DNA of 48,729 bases from an uncultured Candidatus Saccharibacteria bacterium (GCA_964371935.1 CAYJOT010000001.1:1-48729); one strand, 5' to 3'. Numbered from the stretch's first letter, positions 1-7,518 are shown. Program-made: numbers and translations. The notes: generated from the letters alone by a model not told the origin.

Positions 1-55
1 ACGCCCAATAAATCCGGATAACGCTTGAGGTCTACGTATTACCGCGGGTGCTGGC

Positions 56-366
56 CAAAAATTTTACTTTTTGTTTTGGACTATATCATAATCCATTTGA
101 AAAAAATGGATCCCTAGCGTGTTATAACAGAATCCTTGAATCTGTTATCTGTCCCGTCGGGACAAGTCTCTGAGGCGCCCATGTTAAACACTCGGTGTTT
201 AACATGGTTGCCTGCTGATTCTCCATACGTAATCGGTCAGCGTTGTTAAACACTCGGTGTTTAACAATAGACCAATGCACCCTGATACCCGTATGGCATT
301 CCAGCATATAAGCTAAGTTATTCAATGCCGATTGCTCGGCAAGGACGCGCCGTCCCTTATGGGATC
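56..366 (-). ncRNA. 311-nt ORF-less group I intron in 16S, inserted after the U equivalent to E. coli U516
   Basis: Deleting 56-366 restores AACTACGT|GCCAGCACCCGCGGTAATAC. The insert follows a U and ends in G. In RNA order it carries P-like AUGCUGGAA (307-299), Q AAUCAGCAGG (220-211), R UCAGAGACU (173-165) and S GAUAUAGUCC (87-78). Confidence 0.8.
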
Positions 367-679
367 ACGTAGTTACCAACCTCTTATTCCACCGGTACGC
401 TCAATCCGGCCCAAAGGGCCGGACTTGTTCCCGGTGAAAAGCAGTTTACAGGCCGAAACCCTTCTTCCTGCACGCGGCGTCGCTCGATCAGGCTTTCGCC
501 CATTGTCGAATATTCTCGACTGCTGCCACCCGTAGGTGTACGAGCCGTGTCTCAGTCTCGTCGTTGGGGGCCGTGCTCTCACACCCCCTACCCGTCATTG
601 CCTTGGTGGGCCGTTACCTCACCAACAAGCTGATAGGACCTAGGCTCCTCTCAAAGTGTCCCGACGAATCGGGACTTTA

Positions 680-930
680 CCCTACACCTCTTTGGACTCT
701 TGACGAAATATATTGGATATGCTACAATAGCAAACAGAAGGGGGGTGATAATGGATGATGATGCCGTTGATGTTTGTTTGTATTATGGCGGTTGCCCTTG
801 TGGGCGCCACCGTCGTTACAACGGTTGACGGCTGGATGAATCCATAAATCCAGCGTCAACCTCGGTCCTGGGCATGACCTTACCAAAAACTGCCTTATTT
901 ATTTTGTCAAAAATCCAAAGAGGTATAGGG
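680..930 (-). other. ~250-nt expansion or intervening sequence replacing 16S helix 9 (V2 region)
   Basis: A 17-bp closing stem (930-914 CCCUAUACCUCUUUGGA with 696-680 UCCAAAGAGGUGUAGGG, one G-U pair) encloses ~217 nt with several internal hairpins. E. coli has only a ~10-nt hairpin here. The flanks align to conserved 16S sequence. Confidence 0.75.
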
Positions 931-1226
931 ACTATCGGGAATTAGTCCGCCTTTCGGCGGATTATGCCCGTCTTTGAGGTAGATGCCAGGGTATTACTAA
1001 CTCGTTCGCCACTAACCATATTCGGTATTGCTACCAAATATGATCCGTTCGACTTGCATGCCTTATCCACGCCGCCAGCGTTCATCCTGGACCAGGATCA
1101 AATCCTCTATAAAGGTTGGAATCCGCCAGATGGCGGACCAACCATACTAAATCGGAACAGCTGGAAAAAGATAATTCCAAACTGTTTTGGGATTCACAAA
1201 TTGTAAATTTGCTTTCCTTATCAGAC

Positions 1227-1244
1227 ATCCGCCAACTGGCGGAT
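1227..1244. repeat. Hairpin module ATCCGCCAACTGGCGGAT in the rRNA leader
   Basis: The 17-mer TCCGCCAACTGGCGGAT recurs identically at 22984-23000. A variant, TCCGCCAGATGGCGGA, lies at ~1123-1138. Confidence 0.6.
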
Positions 1245-1475
1245 TCAGGCAAACAACAACCACGCAAAGCTCCGATCCTTCAGAACCTTACGTGGTCATT
1301 GGTTTTCCAAAAAGCGGCAACTCTTTTTAAAAACCAGTCCCGCTACGCGGGATTCTCGATTTTCTCACCAGATCAAAGATTTGGAAAAAATCGGAACAAC
1401 TCGATTGTGAATTGTGACCTTCCGGCACTGCTCCGCCGAAAGAGCGATTATCAGCCACTTCATAATGGTAGACTT

Positions 1476-1504
1476 ATACTAATCCTTTCCCATTTTCTTG
1501 TCAA
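1476..1504 (-). promoter_or_regulatory. Candidate sigma70-type promoter of the rRNA operon
   Basis: The minus strand reads TTGACA (1504-1499), a 17-nt spacer, then TAGTAT (1481-1476). This is ~360 nt upstream of the mature 16S 5' end. Confidence 0.5.
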
Positions 1505-1512
1505 GCGCAATA

Positions 1513-1556
1513 TTTATATCACTATTTTGACCGATCGAACAAGATAGTGATATAAA
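1513..1556. repeat. CGATCG-centred palindrome, copy A (class 1)
   Basis: The sequence is TATATCACTATTTTGACCGATCGAACAAGATAGTGATATA with the symmetry centre at 1534/1535. It matches copy B (18740-18781) at 39/42 positions. It lies 19 nt after the stop of the 615-aa gene and 8 nt upstream of the rRNA -35. Confidence 0.85.
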
Positions 1557-1574
1557 CTACCAGGGAATTATCAA

Positions 1575-3422
1575 TTATCTCTGTGCCTGCAACAGATTTT
1601 TTACCATATCCCAGTACCGGCCATCGCCTTGTTTCTCCCTCACGTAATACCACCACTCCGCGCCCCAGAGATAGTACTCATCAAACCCCGTATCTTGAGC
1701 ATACTGGATTGTCTCGCGGAAATATTCGGGAGGAAAGATGCCGGTCTGTTCCTCGTATGACAGCAGGGGTATTTCAACCGGGCCCCATGGTTCGGCCTGG
1801 AGTTCGATCACGATGAAGCGTTTTGTGTACTCGCCCGTAAGCCAGCGCGCAAATCGCTGTCTGAACTTGAAAAAGGATGGGCTTAAAGGATAATCAATAA
1901 TGCCTGTATAGCGCCCGATCGACGGAGGATAGATGCGACGATACATGGTGGTGCCAAATATGTCTCCGGCGCGAATTGCCCTATTCCATAACCCAAGCTC
2001 TCCACCGTCCGTCACCACGACCGGATGCACCGGATCAAGAGATTTTACGAGTGCGATCTCATCTTGAAGCGCCTGCTGCGGCCGCGTCGCGCACAAACCG
2101 AATTTCAAAAACGGTTCGTTTTCCACTTGCCACATCTGGAGCGCCGGATGATTTTTGTACCGTTGTACAACTTCCGTCAGATATACGCGCAGCCACGCTT
2201 CTAATTCCTCGTTTGGAAATTTGGATTTTGAAATTTGAAATTCCCGCGTCCACGCGGGCATATGACATTCGGGCCAGCGCGGCGTCTTCATGCCAACCAC
2301 GACAACCACGCCAATCCCCCGCTCGGCGGCCCGATTCATCTGCCAGTCAAGATTTGAGAAGTCATACGTTCCGCGCTCGCGTTCAATCTCATCCCAATAC
2401 GCGATCAGCCGCATCTTTTTTGGGTGCAGTTCATCCACAATCGCAGAAAAATTTTTTTGCCAATCAAGCCCGAGCGCGCGGCTGTACTTGTCCGAAAACG
2501 TAACACCCCATGTGATATCGCGGTGCGAATCAACCGGAAGCGCCGCCGCATAGGTAACCAGACCAAGCACAATAAGCCCAACGGCAATGCAGGTTGTAGC
2601 GCTCATTTTGCCGATCAGACGCAAACCCCGGGCCCGCTCTTTGAGCAAAAACCATCCGGCAAGGAAAATAACGGCGTGGCGCATGCTTTGTGTGGCATCC
2701 ACGAGCGCCGGATGCGCCAAAAAGATTGCGCCGCTTACCATAAATGAACCGAGCGATCCATAGACGCGATTGGCAAAATACCAGCCCCGGTTTGCCATGC
2801 TTGCCGTCTCCGAGAGCGCAAACACGCGCTGCCTGATGCGAGAAATCAGCAGCAGCGCAAGAGCAAATATGACTCCGCCCATGCGCGGCCAGAAAAATCC
2901 GGCAAGAAAGTTCGTCTCCTCAAACGTGATCTTGGTAAGTACGTTGGAGATTCCGAAACACAACGCGCTGGCCAACGCAAGGAGAAAAACCGTGACACGT
3001 AATTCTTTTTTCTCGGTGATAAAGAAAAGAAATCCGCCGAAAATCAAGATGGTGAACGCGACCAAATCGCCAAAACCGAGAAGCTGCTGTTTCAAGAGAG
3101 ACCCAATGGTAAGCGTTGCAATGGGAGACATCGCGCCCACGAGTGCCAAAGTTCCGGCAACATCGGCTTTCCGGATCGCAAGAAAAACACAGAGCATCGC
3201 AGCAATGAAAAAAGCTCCCGCAATAAGCGCCACCGGAATTACGGAAAGCGGAATGTTTGTCACGCCAAACGGCAGAAGCAGCAAAGAGAATATGCCGAGC
3301 AGCCCAAACCAAAACGTATACACCCACGGATCAACAAACCCCCGCTTGAGCAGCAGCTTGTCAAACACCACCGAGGTGCCAAGAACTATTTGCGCAGTTA
3401 TTGCGATGAGAAGCCAGGTCAT
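1575..3422 (-). CDS. Membrane protein: N-terminal ~10-TM EamA/DMT-like domain fused to a C-terminal clan GH-A (TIM-barrel) glycoside hydrolase-like domain
   Basis: A 615-aa ORF. The first ~290 aa are hydrophobic helices. The C-terminal half has a WQVENEP acid/base-like motif and a later IELQAEPW nucleophile-like motif. Its ATG overlaps the stop of the upstream GT2 gene. Confidence 0.8.
   Translation of the reverse strand: MTWLLIAITAQIVLGTSVVFDKLLLKRGFVDPWVYTFWFGLLGIFSLLLLPFGVTNIPLSVIPVALIAGAFFIAAMLCVFLAIRKADVAGTLALVGAMSPIATLTIGSLLKQQLLGFGDLVAFTILIFGGFLFFITEKKELRVTVFLLALASALCFGISNVLTKITFEETNFLAGFFWPRMGGVIFALALLLISRIRQRVFALSETASMANRGWYFANRVYGSLGSFMVSGAIFLAHPALVDATQSMRHAVIFLAGWFLLKERARGLRLIGKMSATTCIAVGLIVLGLVTYAAALPVDSHRDITWGVTFSDKYSRALGLDWQKNFSAIVDELHPKKMRLIAYWDEIERERGTYDFSNLDWQMNRAAERGIGVVVVVGMKTPRWPECHMPAWTREFQISKSKFPNEELEAWLRVYLTEVVQRYKNHPALQMWQVENEPFLKFGLCATRPQQALQDEIALVKSLDPVHPVVVTDGGELGLWNRAIRAGDIFGTTMYRRIYPPSIGRYTGIIDYPLSPSFFKFRQRFARWLTGEYTKRFIVIELQAEPWGPVEIPLLSYEEQTGIFPPEYFRETIQYAQDTGFDEYYLWGAEWWYYVREKQGDGRYWDMVKNLLQAQR
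2212..2243. repeat. AT-rich ~7-nt periodic low-complexity tract inside the GH-domain coding sequence
   Basis: TTTGGAAATTTGGATTTTGAAATTTGAAATTC is translated in frame as FQISKSKFPN. The same word family occurs in the intergenic repeats and in trmD. Confidence 0.6.
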
Positions 3423-4213
3423 AACAGCCGATGGTGCTTAAAATAATACCGGAGCCTTGAGGAGTAAAAAAGGCACTGCCGTTTGAGCGGTGAATGGGCA
3501 TGGCCCTCAAGCATATCAACAACCGCATCGCACACAAAGTAAGTCAGAAAGCCCAGTTGTCGTAACCGCTCGGAGAGGTCAAGGCCTTCAAAAAACATAA
3601 AGTATCCTTCATCAAATCCACCTACCTGTTCAAATATTTTGCGAGGGATGGCGTTGAAGCTCTCAATAACCCAATCAACCGGGATAGTCCGATCATAATT
3701 CCAATAGTTGAAGGAAAATTGCGCGGTCAGATCCATAAACCAACGGGTGCGAATCAAGCGAAATGTAATAAAGAGACCCAAAAACCACCCGATTGTAGCC
3801 CGCACAAAATTCGGGCGGTATCCCATATTCCAGAAAATAGTTGTCCCGCGCTCGGAAACCAACTTTCCGCCAACCAATCCAATTACAGAATGATTCGCTA
3901 AAAAATGTAGCATCGACTGAATCGAATCTGGTCGTACAAGAATATCATTATCAAGGAACACGAGATACTCACCATGTGCCTGCTCGGCACCACGGTTCCG
4001 AGAATAGGTTGGCCCGCGGTTTTTGTCATTCCGGATCAACATACAAGTTGGAAATTCTGAACGCATCATCTCTAATGTTCCGTCGGACGAACAATCATCT
4101 ACCACAATAATCTCTTGTGGCACAGCATTGCTTTTTTCTAACGCTTTGAGAGAACGGCGCAAAAATTCCTTGCCATTATACGAGATAATTATGACCGAAA
4201 ATGAACTATTCAT
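3419..4213 (-). CDS. Family 2 glycosyltransferase
   Basis: The protein begins MNSSFSVIIISYNG and carries IIVVDDCSSDGT and FLDNDILV motifs. The start was moved to the ATG at 4213, because the longer ORF-track N-terminus overlaps the GH1 gene. Confidence 0.85.
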   Translation of the reverse strand: MNSSFSVIIISYNGKEFLRRSLKALEKSNAVPQEIIVVDDCSSDGTLEMMRSEFPTCMLIRNDKNRGPTYSRNRGAEQAHGEYLVFLDNDILVRPDSIQSMLHFLANHSVIGLVGGKLVSERGTTIFWNMGYRPNFVRATIGWFLGLFITFRLIRTRWFMDLTAQFSFNYWNYDRTIPVDWVIESFNAIPRKIFEQVGGFDEGYFMFFEGLDLSERLRQLGFLTYFVCDAVVDMLEGHAHSPLKRQCLFYSSRLRYYFKHHRLL

Positions 4214-5510
4214 AATTTTTCTCCGCACTCTCTGCTTGCTCAATAATATTCTTATATTCCCAAGCGCTCTTGCGAATTCTCCGCTCCATTGTCTCATAAT
4301 CAATTTCCACCAGTCCAAACCGTGGCCAGAAGCCTCGCAATTCCGGAAATTCAAAATTATCCAAGAGCGACCAGTAAAAATAACCGCGGACATCAGCGCC
4401 TTCTCGTATTGCTTTTTTCATCCACCGAACATGCTCTTGGATAAATTTTTCACGATGCATATCACGGGCATCTGCGATGCCGTTTTCGGTAATCAGAATA
4501 GGTTTTCCATATTTTTGAAATCGCTTTATGGCATGGTAAATACCTTCTGGGTAGATCTGCCATCCCAAATCGCTTTTCCTCGCAATTTCATTTTCTATAG
4601 TGAACAGTCCAAAGTACTTTCCGCCCCAGCGAAAAGCTATTGGCTCGTGTTTGTAATACTGAATACCAAGAAAATCAGTATACGGACTCATACGCTTCAG
4701 AAACCTGTCTTCACTCAAGTAGTTTGTTATTTTCACCGCCAACTGATTCCAGAGATGGTTTTTGTACGGCGCCCGATGAGCTACGGCATGCGAGATGCCG
4801 ATTTGAAAATCTGCAGACAGCACATGCCCGGCTTCATAGACCATTTTGTGCGCGAGAGTAAAATTCTTCGCTGCACGGTAAGCATAAACCACATTCTTTT
4901 CTCCGGGCGGCTGGACTCCGGTTATATACCCAAATGCCGTGTATAAATTTGGCTCGTTGAACGGCTGCCAATACCGCACCACGTCGCGAAACTGATCCAT
5001 CATATGCTTTGCAAATCTCACATAATCCGCAACGGTTTTTTGATTTTTCCATCCCCCCTGATCTCGCACCCATAAAGGATTAGTCCAGTGCCACAACGTC
5101 ACGAACGGCTCCATGCCGCGTTCGCGAAGCGCCGTGATAACTTTGCGGTAATGCTCGATCTCCTGCTCGTCAAACCTCCCTTCTTCTGGTTCAATACGCG
5201 ACCACTCAATCGAAAAACGGTGGGCATTGTGGCCAAGCTGTTTTGCAATATCAAAATCCTCACGAAAGCGATGGTAATGGTCGCACGCAGTACCGGAAAT
5301 ATAATTTTCGGGCCGCGTCGCTTGCTCCCGTATCATCGGCCACGACGCAAGATACCCGAATCTTTTCTCGGCCTCGGCCGCGAGCCGCTCCGCGTTCGCC
5401 AACTCCCACTCGCTCCAGTCATTGTGATTCCCGCCCTCCACCTGATGGCTCGAGGTCGCCGCTCCCCACAAAAAGTTTTTTGGAAATTGAAAGTTATCGG
5501 ACATGAGCAA
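4206..5510 (-). CDS. GH1 beta-glucosidase
   Basis: A 434-aa ORF with FPKNFLWGAATSSHQVEGG, the acid/base motif FNEP and the nucleophile motif ITENG. Confidence 0.93.
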   Translation of the reverse strand: MLMSDNFQFPKNFLWGAATSSHQVEGGNHNDWSEWELANAERLAAEAEKRFGYLASWPMIREQATRPENYISGTACDHYHRFREDFDIAKQLGHNAHRFSIEWSRIEPEEGRFDEQEIEHYRKVITALRERGMEPFVTLWHWTNPLWVRDQGGWKNQKTVADYVRFAKHMMDQFRDVVRYWQPFNEPNLYTAFGYITGVQPPGEKNVVYAYRAAKNFTLAHKMVYEAGHVLSADFQIGISHAVAHRAPYKNHLWNQLAVKITNYLSEDRFLKRMSPYTDFLGIQYYKHEPIAFRWGGKYFGLFTIENEIARKSDLGWQIYPEGIYHAIKRFQKYGKPILITENGIADARDMHREKFIQEHVRWMKKAIREGADVRGYFYWSLLDNFEFPELRGFWPRFGLVEIDYETMERRIRKSAWEYKNIIEQAESAEKNYE

Positions 5511-5573
5511 AGAGTATTATTATGAGCATCTCACTGTTCAAGTATATTTGTAAACTCCATAAATATCAAAGAT

Positions 5574-5607
5574 CAACATATTATGGCCGATCGGTTATGG
5601 ATTGTTG
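5574..5607. repeat. CGATCG-centred palindrome, copy D (class 2, imperfect)
   Basis: The sequence is CAACATATTATGGCCGATCGGTTATGGATTGTTG. It shares CCGATCGGTTATGRRTTGTTGA with copy E in direct orientation. It lies between the PaaX-like gene stop (5650) and the GH1 start (5510). Confidence 0.7.
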
Positions 5608-5649
5608 ACAGTCAAAATTCCATTTCCGTCGAAAAATTCTCGGATGATA

Positions 5650-6198
5650 CTATGTCTTTTGTATCGTCCCCCGATCTCGAATACTAAAAATGTGCACATG
5701 ATTTCTCACCCTCAGCACATCAAGAAAAGTTAAAAAATCTTCCGGCAGGGGAGCATGGCCAATCCATACGCTTTTTTGCAGTTGGGTAAAACCGGCTGCC
5801 AGCAGTTCTACACGAATTGCCCTCCGTTTACTTCGCTCTTTCTCCGGAATATCAAAAATTACCAAGCGCCCTATGCCATCCTTTTTGGGCAATAGTTCTC
5901 GCTTTTTTGTTTCTCCGATCTTCTGTTCTCCTTGTTTCGTCAGCCGCCACCGCGCACCTGAAGCCCTTCCCGATTTTTCGATCAAACCTTCTGTCTTGAG
6001 TCGTGAAAGAAGCACGGTAAAAGTTCTTTGAGTAACACGCCCCCGTGGATAGGTATTGAAAGCGCCCATGACACTCCTAAAACGTCGAAAACCGCCGCGC
6101 AAAGGGAACATAACATCGAGCATCCCTTCGCCTGCCTCGCTTAATTTTTCGAGAATACAGCGCGTAATAGTTTTGCGTACCCTCCTTTTCGTGTACAT
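5650..6198 (-). CDS. Winged-helix plus Cas2-fold (PaaX-like) DNA-binding protein, paralog 1
   Basis: A 182-aa ORF. The N-terminal part looks wHTH-like (TFTVLLSRLKTEGLIEK). The core LVIFDIPEKERSKRRAIRVELLAAGFTQLQKSVWIG resembles the Cas2/PaaX central beta-alpha-beta unit. It is paralogous to 18164-18718. Confidence 0.8.
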   Translation of the reverse strand: MYTKRRVRKTITRCILEKLSEAGEGMLDVMFPLRGGFRRFRSVMGAFNTYPRGRVTQRTFTVLLSRLKTEGLIEKSGRASGARWRLTKQGEQKIGETKKRELLPKKDGIGRLVIFDIPEKERSKRRAIRVELLAAGFTQLQKSVWIGHAPLPEDFLTFLDVLRVRNHVHIFSIRDRGTIQKT

Positions 6199-6204
6199 GC
6201 CGTC

Positions 6205-6234
6205 ATCATATCACGATAGCCGTATAATCAACAA
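6205..6234 (-). promoter_or_regulatory. Candidate extended -10 promoter of paralog 1, giving a leaderless mRNA
   Basis: The minus strand reads TTGTTG (6234-6229), an 18-nt spacer, TGaTATGAT (-10 at 6210-6205), then 6 nt to the ATG at 6198. The -35 lies inside palindrome E. Confidence 0.45.
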
Positions 6235-6265
6235 CTCATGACCGATCGGTTATGAGTTGTTGATT
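6226..6265. repeat. CGATCG-centred palindrome, copy E (class 2)
   Basis: The sequence is AATCAACAACTCATGACCGATCGGTTATGAGTTGTTGATT, with 20 symmetric pairs including one G-T pair. It lies between the trmD stop and the paralog 1 start. Confidence 0.9.
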
Positions 6266-6332
6266 TAGCAATTCGACGTTTTTCATGTGTCCATGTGTCC
6301 ATGTGATCTTGACTAATTTCGGCATATCGTCT

Positions 6333-7028
6333 TTATCGGGTTTTCTTGGGTCGTACATGATTTTTTCGCCATTCTTCTATTTTCTTATGATCGCCGGAGA
6401 GCAGTTCTTTCGGGACGCGGTACTTTTTTTTCTTCCACTGAAAAATTTCCGGGCGCGTGTACACCGGCACGCCAATACCGTAGCGTTTCTCTTCCAGCGA
6501 TTCGCGTTTGCCGAGCACCCCGGGAATATGGCGCGAGACGGCATCAGCTACAATCAGCGCCGGCAATTCGCCGCCGGTTAGCACATACGGCCCTACGGAT
6601 AAATTTTGAATTTTGAATTTTGAATTTTGAATGATTCTTTTGATGCGCTCATCCACTCCTTCATAGCGCCCGGCGATCATGACTATGCGATTGTACTTTT
6701 TTGCCCAGTCAGCGGCCATTTTTTGAGTAAATTGTTTTCCTGCCACAGAAAATAAAATGATTTTAATGCTCTTTCGTTTGGAAATTGGAAATTGGAAATT
6801 GGAAATTATCGAACCGAGCGCCCGGGCGATTGGCTCGATTTGCAGCACCATACCGGGTCCGCCACCAAAAGGGCGGCCATCAACTTTGCGATGCGGCCCG
6901 CGAGCATAGTCGCGCAGGTCATGTACGCAAAATTCAACGAGCTTTTTTTCTTGCGCTCGCTTGAGAATCGACTCGCCCCTATAGGCATTGATGATTCCCG
7001 GGAAAATGGTGATAACGTCAAAATGCAT
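6333..7028 (-). CDS. trmD: tRNA (guanine37-N1)-methyltransferase
   Basis: The protein begins MHFDVITIFPG and carries RPFGGGPGMV, AGRYEGVDERI and YVLTGGELPA motifs. The start was set at the ATG at 7028; the ORF-track start is a TTG. Confidence 0.93.
   Translation of the reverse strand: MHFDVITIFPGIINAYRGESILKRAQEKKLVEFCVHDLRDYARGPHRKVDGRPFGGGPGMVLQIEPIARALGSIISNFQFPISKRKSIKIILFSVAGKQFTQKMAADWAKKYNRIVMIAGRYEGVDERIKRIIQNSKFKIQNLSVGPYVLTGGELPALIVADAVSRHIPGVLGKRESLEEKRYGIGVPVYTRPEIFQWKKKKYRVPKELLSGDHKKIEEWRKNHVRPKKTR
6602..6632. repeat. (AATTTTG)x4 tandem heptamer inside the trmD coding sequence
   Basis: Four perfect 7-nt units plus AAT, translated on the minus strand as IQNSKFKIQN in a loop that is variable relative to E. 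coli TrmD. Confidence 0.9.
6780..6807. repeat. (GGAAATT)x4 tandem heptamer inside the trmD coding sequence
   Basis: Four perfect 7-nt units, translated on the minus strand as ISNFQFPIS in a second variable loop. Confidence 0.9.
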
Positions 7029-7100
7029 ATTGATTTTCGGAACCAATTCGAATTAAACAATGATTAGATCTTATCGTAGCATGGTTCCCCCCCATTCCTC

Positions 7101-7138
7101 AAACCAAAACCAAAACCCGCCCTGCGGCGGATTTTTTT
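7101..7138 (-). terminator. Intrinsic terminator after the rpsP-KH genes; the hairpin is bidirectional
   Basis: The stem is CCGCC (7117-7121) with GGCGG (7126-7130) around a 4-nt loop. On the minus-strand RNA it is followed by GUUUUGGUUUUGGUUU. A T-run is also present on the plus side. Confidence 0.7.
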
Positions 7139-7158
7139 GAGATTTTCAATATCTCCGA

Positions 7159-7518
7159 TTACAGTTTCAGGTCGTCCACCACCTCGTCAATATCCCGCAG
7201 GCGGGCTTCGTGTCCTGTTGAGCGGCCTTGCTCATCTTCGCGCCTCATGGCCGGGCCGCGTCCTCCTTCGGGCTCTTCGATCTTCAGGTTCACGCGCGCG
7301 TTGTTTTTCACGCCCACGACCCGAAGCAGCGCCCTGATGGATTTCGCGGTCTGCCCGTTGCGGCCGATGATCTTGCCCATGTCCGCAGGGTCCACTTTGA
7401 GCGTAATCAGCACGCCCATTTCATCCACCTTGCGATCCGTGTGCACGGCATCCGGATTATCCACGAGCGCGCGCACGACAAATTCGAGAAATTCCTGGTC
7501 TTGTGTCATTGTTGCCAT
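7159..7518 (-). CDS. KH-domain RNA-binding protein (YlqC-like) with an acidic and basic C-terminal extension
   Basis: The protein begins MATMTQDQEFLEFVVRALVDNPD and carries GKIIGRNGQTAKSIRALL (the GXXG KH motif). Its position between rpsP and trmD is typical. The start was set at the ATG at 7518. Confidence 0.85.
   Translation of the reverse strand: MATMTQDQEFLEFVVRALVDNPDAVHTDRKVDEMGVLITLKVDPADMGKIIGRNGQTAKSIRALLRVVGVKNNARVNLKIEEPEGGRGPAMRREDEQGRSTGHEARLRDIDEVVDDLKL

Larger units (their letters stand above)
1..1108 (-). rRNA. rrs: 16S rRNA gene, 5' part only (runs off the window start near E. coli position ~570), interrupted by two insertions
   Basis: The minus strand reads AGAGGATTTGATCCTGGTCCAGGATGAACGCTGGCGGCGTG downward from 1108, the universal 16S 5' end. 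It also reads CCTACGGGTGGCAGCAGT at ~536-519 and GCCAGCACCCGCGGTAATACGTAG...GGATTTATTGGGCGT at 55-1. Confidence 0.97.

Noticed and set aside
122-325. Possible homing endonuclease encoded in the 16S intron
   Set aside because: The 67-aa ORF has no LAGLIDADG, GIY-YIG or HNH-like motif. It overlaps the conserved ribozyme core elements and the duplicated hairpins, and the intron is only 311 nt long.
122-1547. ORF-track entries 122..325, 332..535, 373..582, 564..758, 964..1206, 1082..1267 and 1116..1547
   Set aside because: All of them lie inside the 16S rRNA gene, its intron or expansion, or the rRNA leader. The region is fully explained as structural RNA.
5650-6198. Reading the Cas2-like motif of the PaaX-like proteins as evidence for a CRISPR-Cas system
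   Set aside because: The Cas2-type fold is fused to a winged-helix domain, as in PaaX-family regulators. No array, no cas1 and no effector gene is present.
6602-6807. CRISPR array, considering the tandem repeats and many short repeats in the window
   Set aside because: The repeat units are 7 nt or are isolated palindromes. There is no repeat-spacer periodicity of ~25-40 nt, and there are no cas genes.
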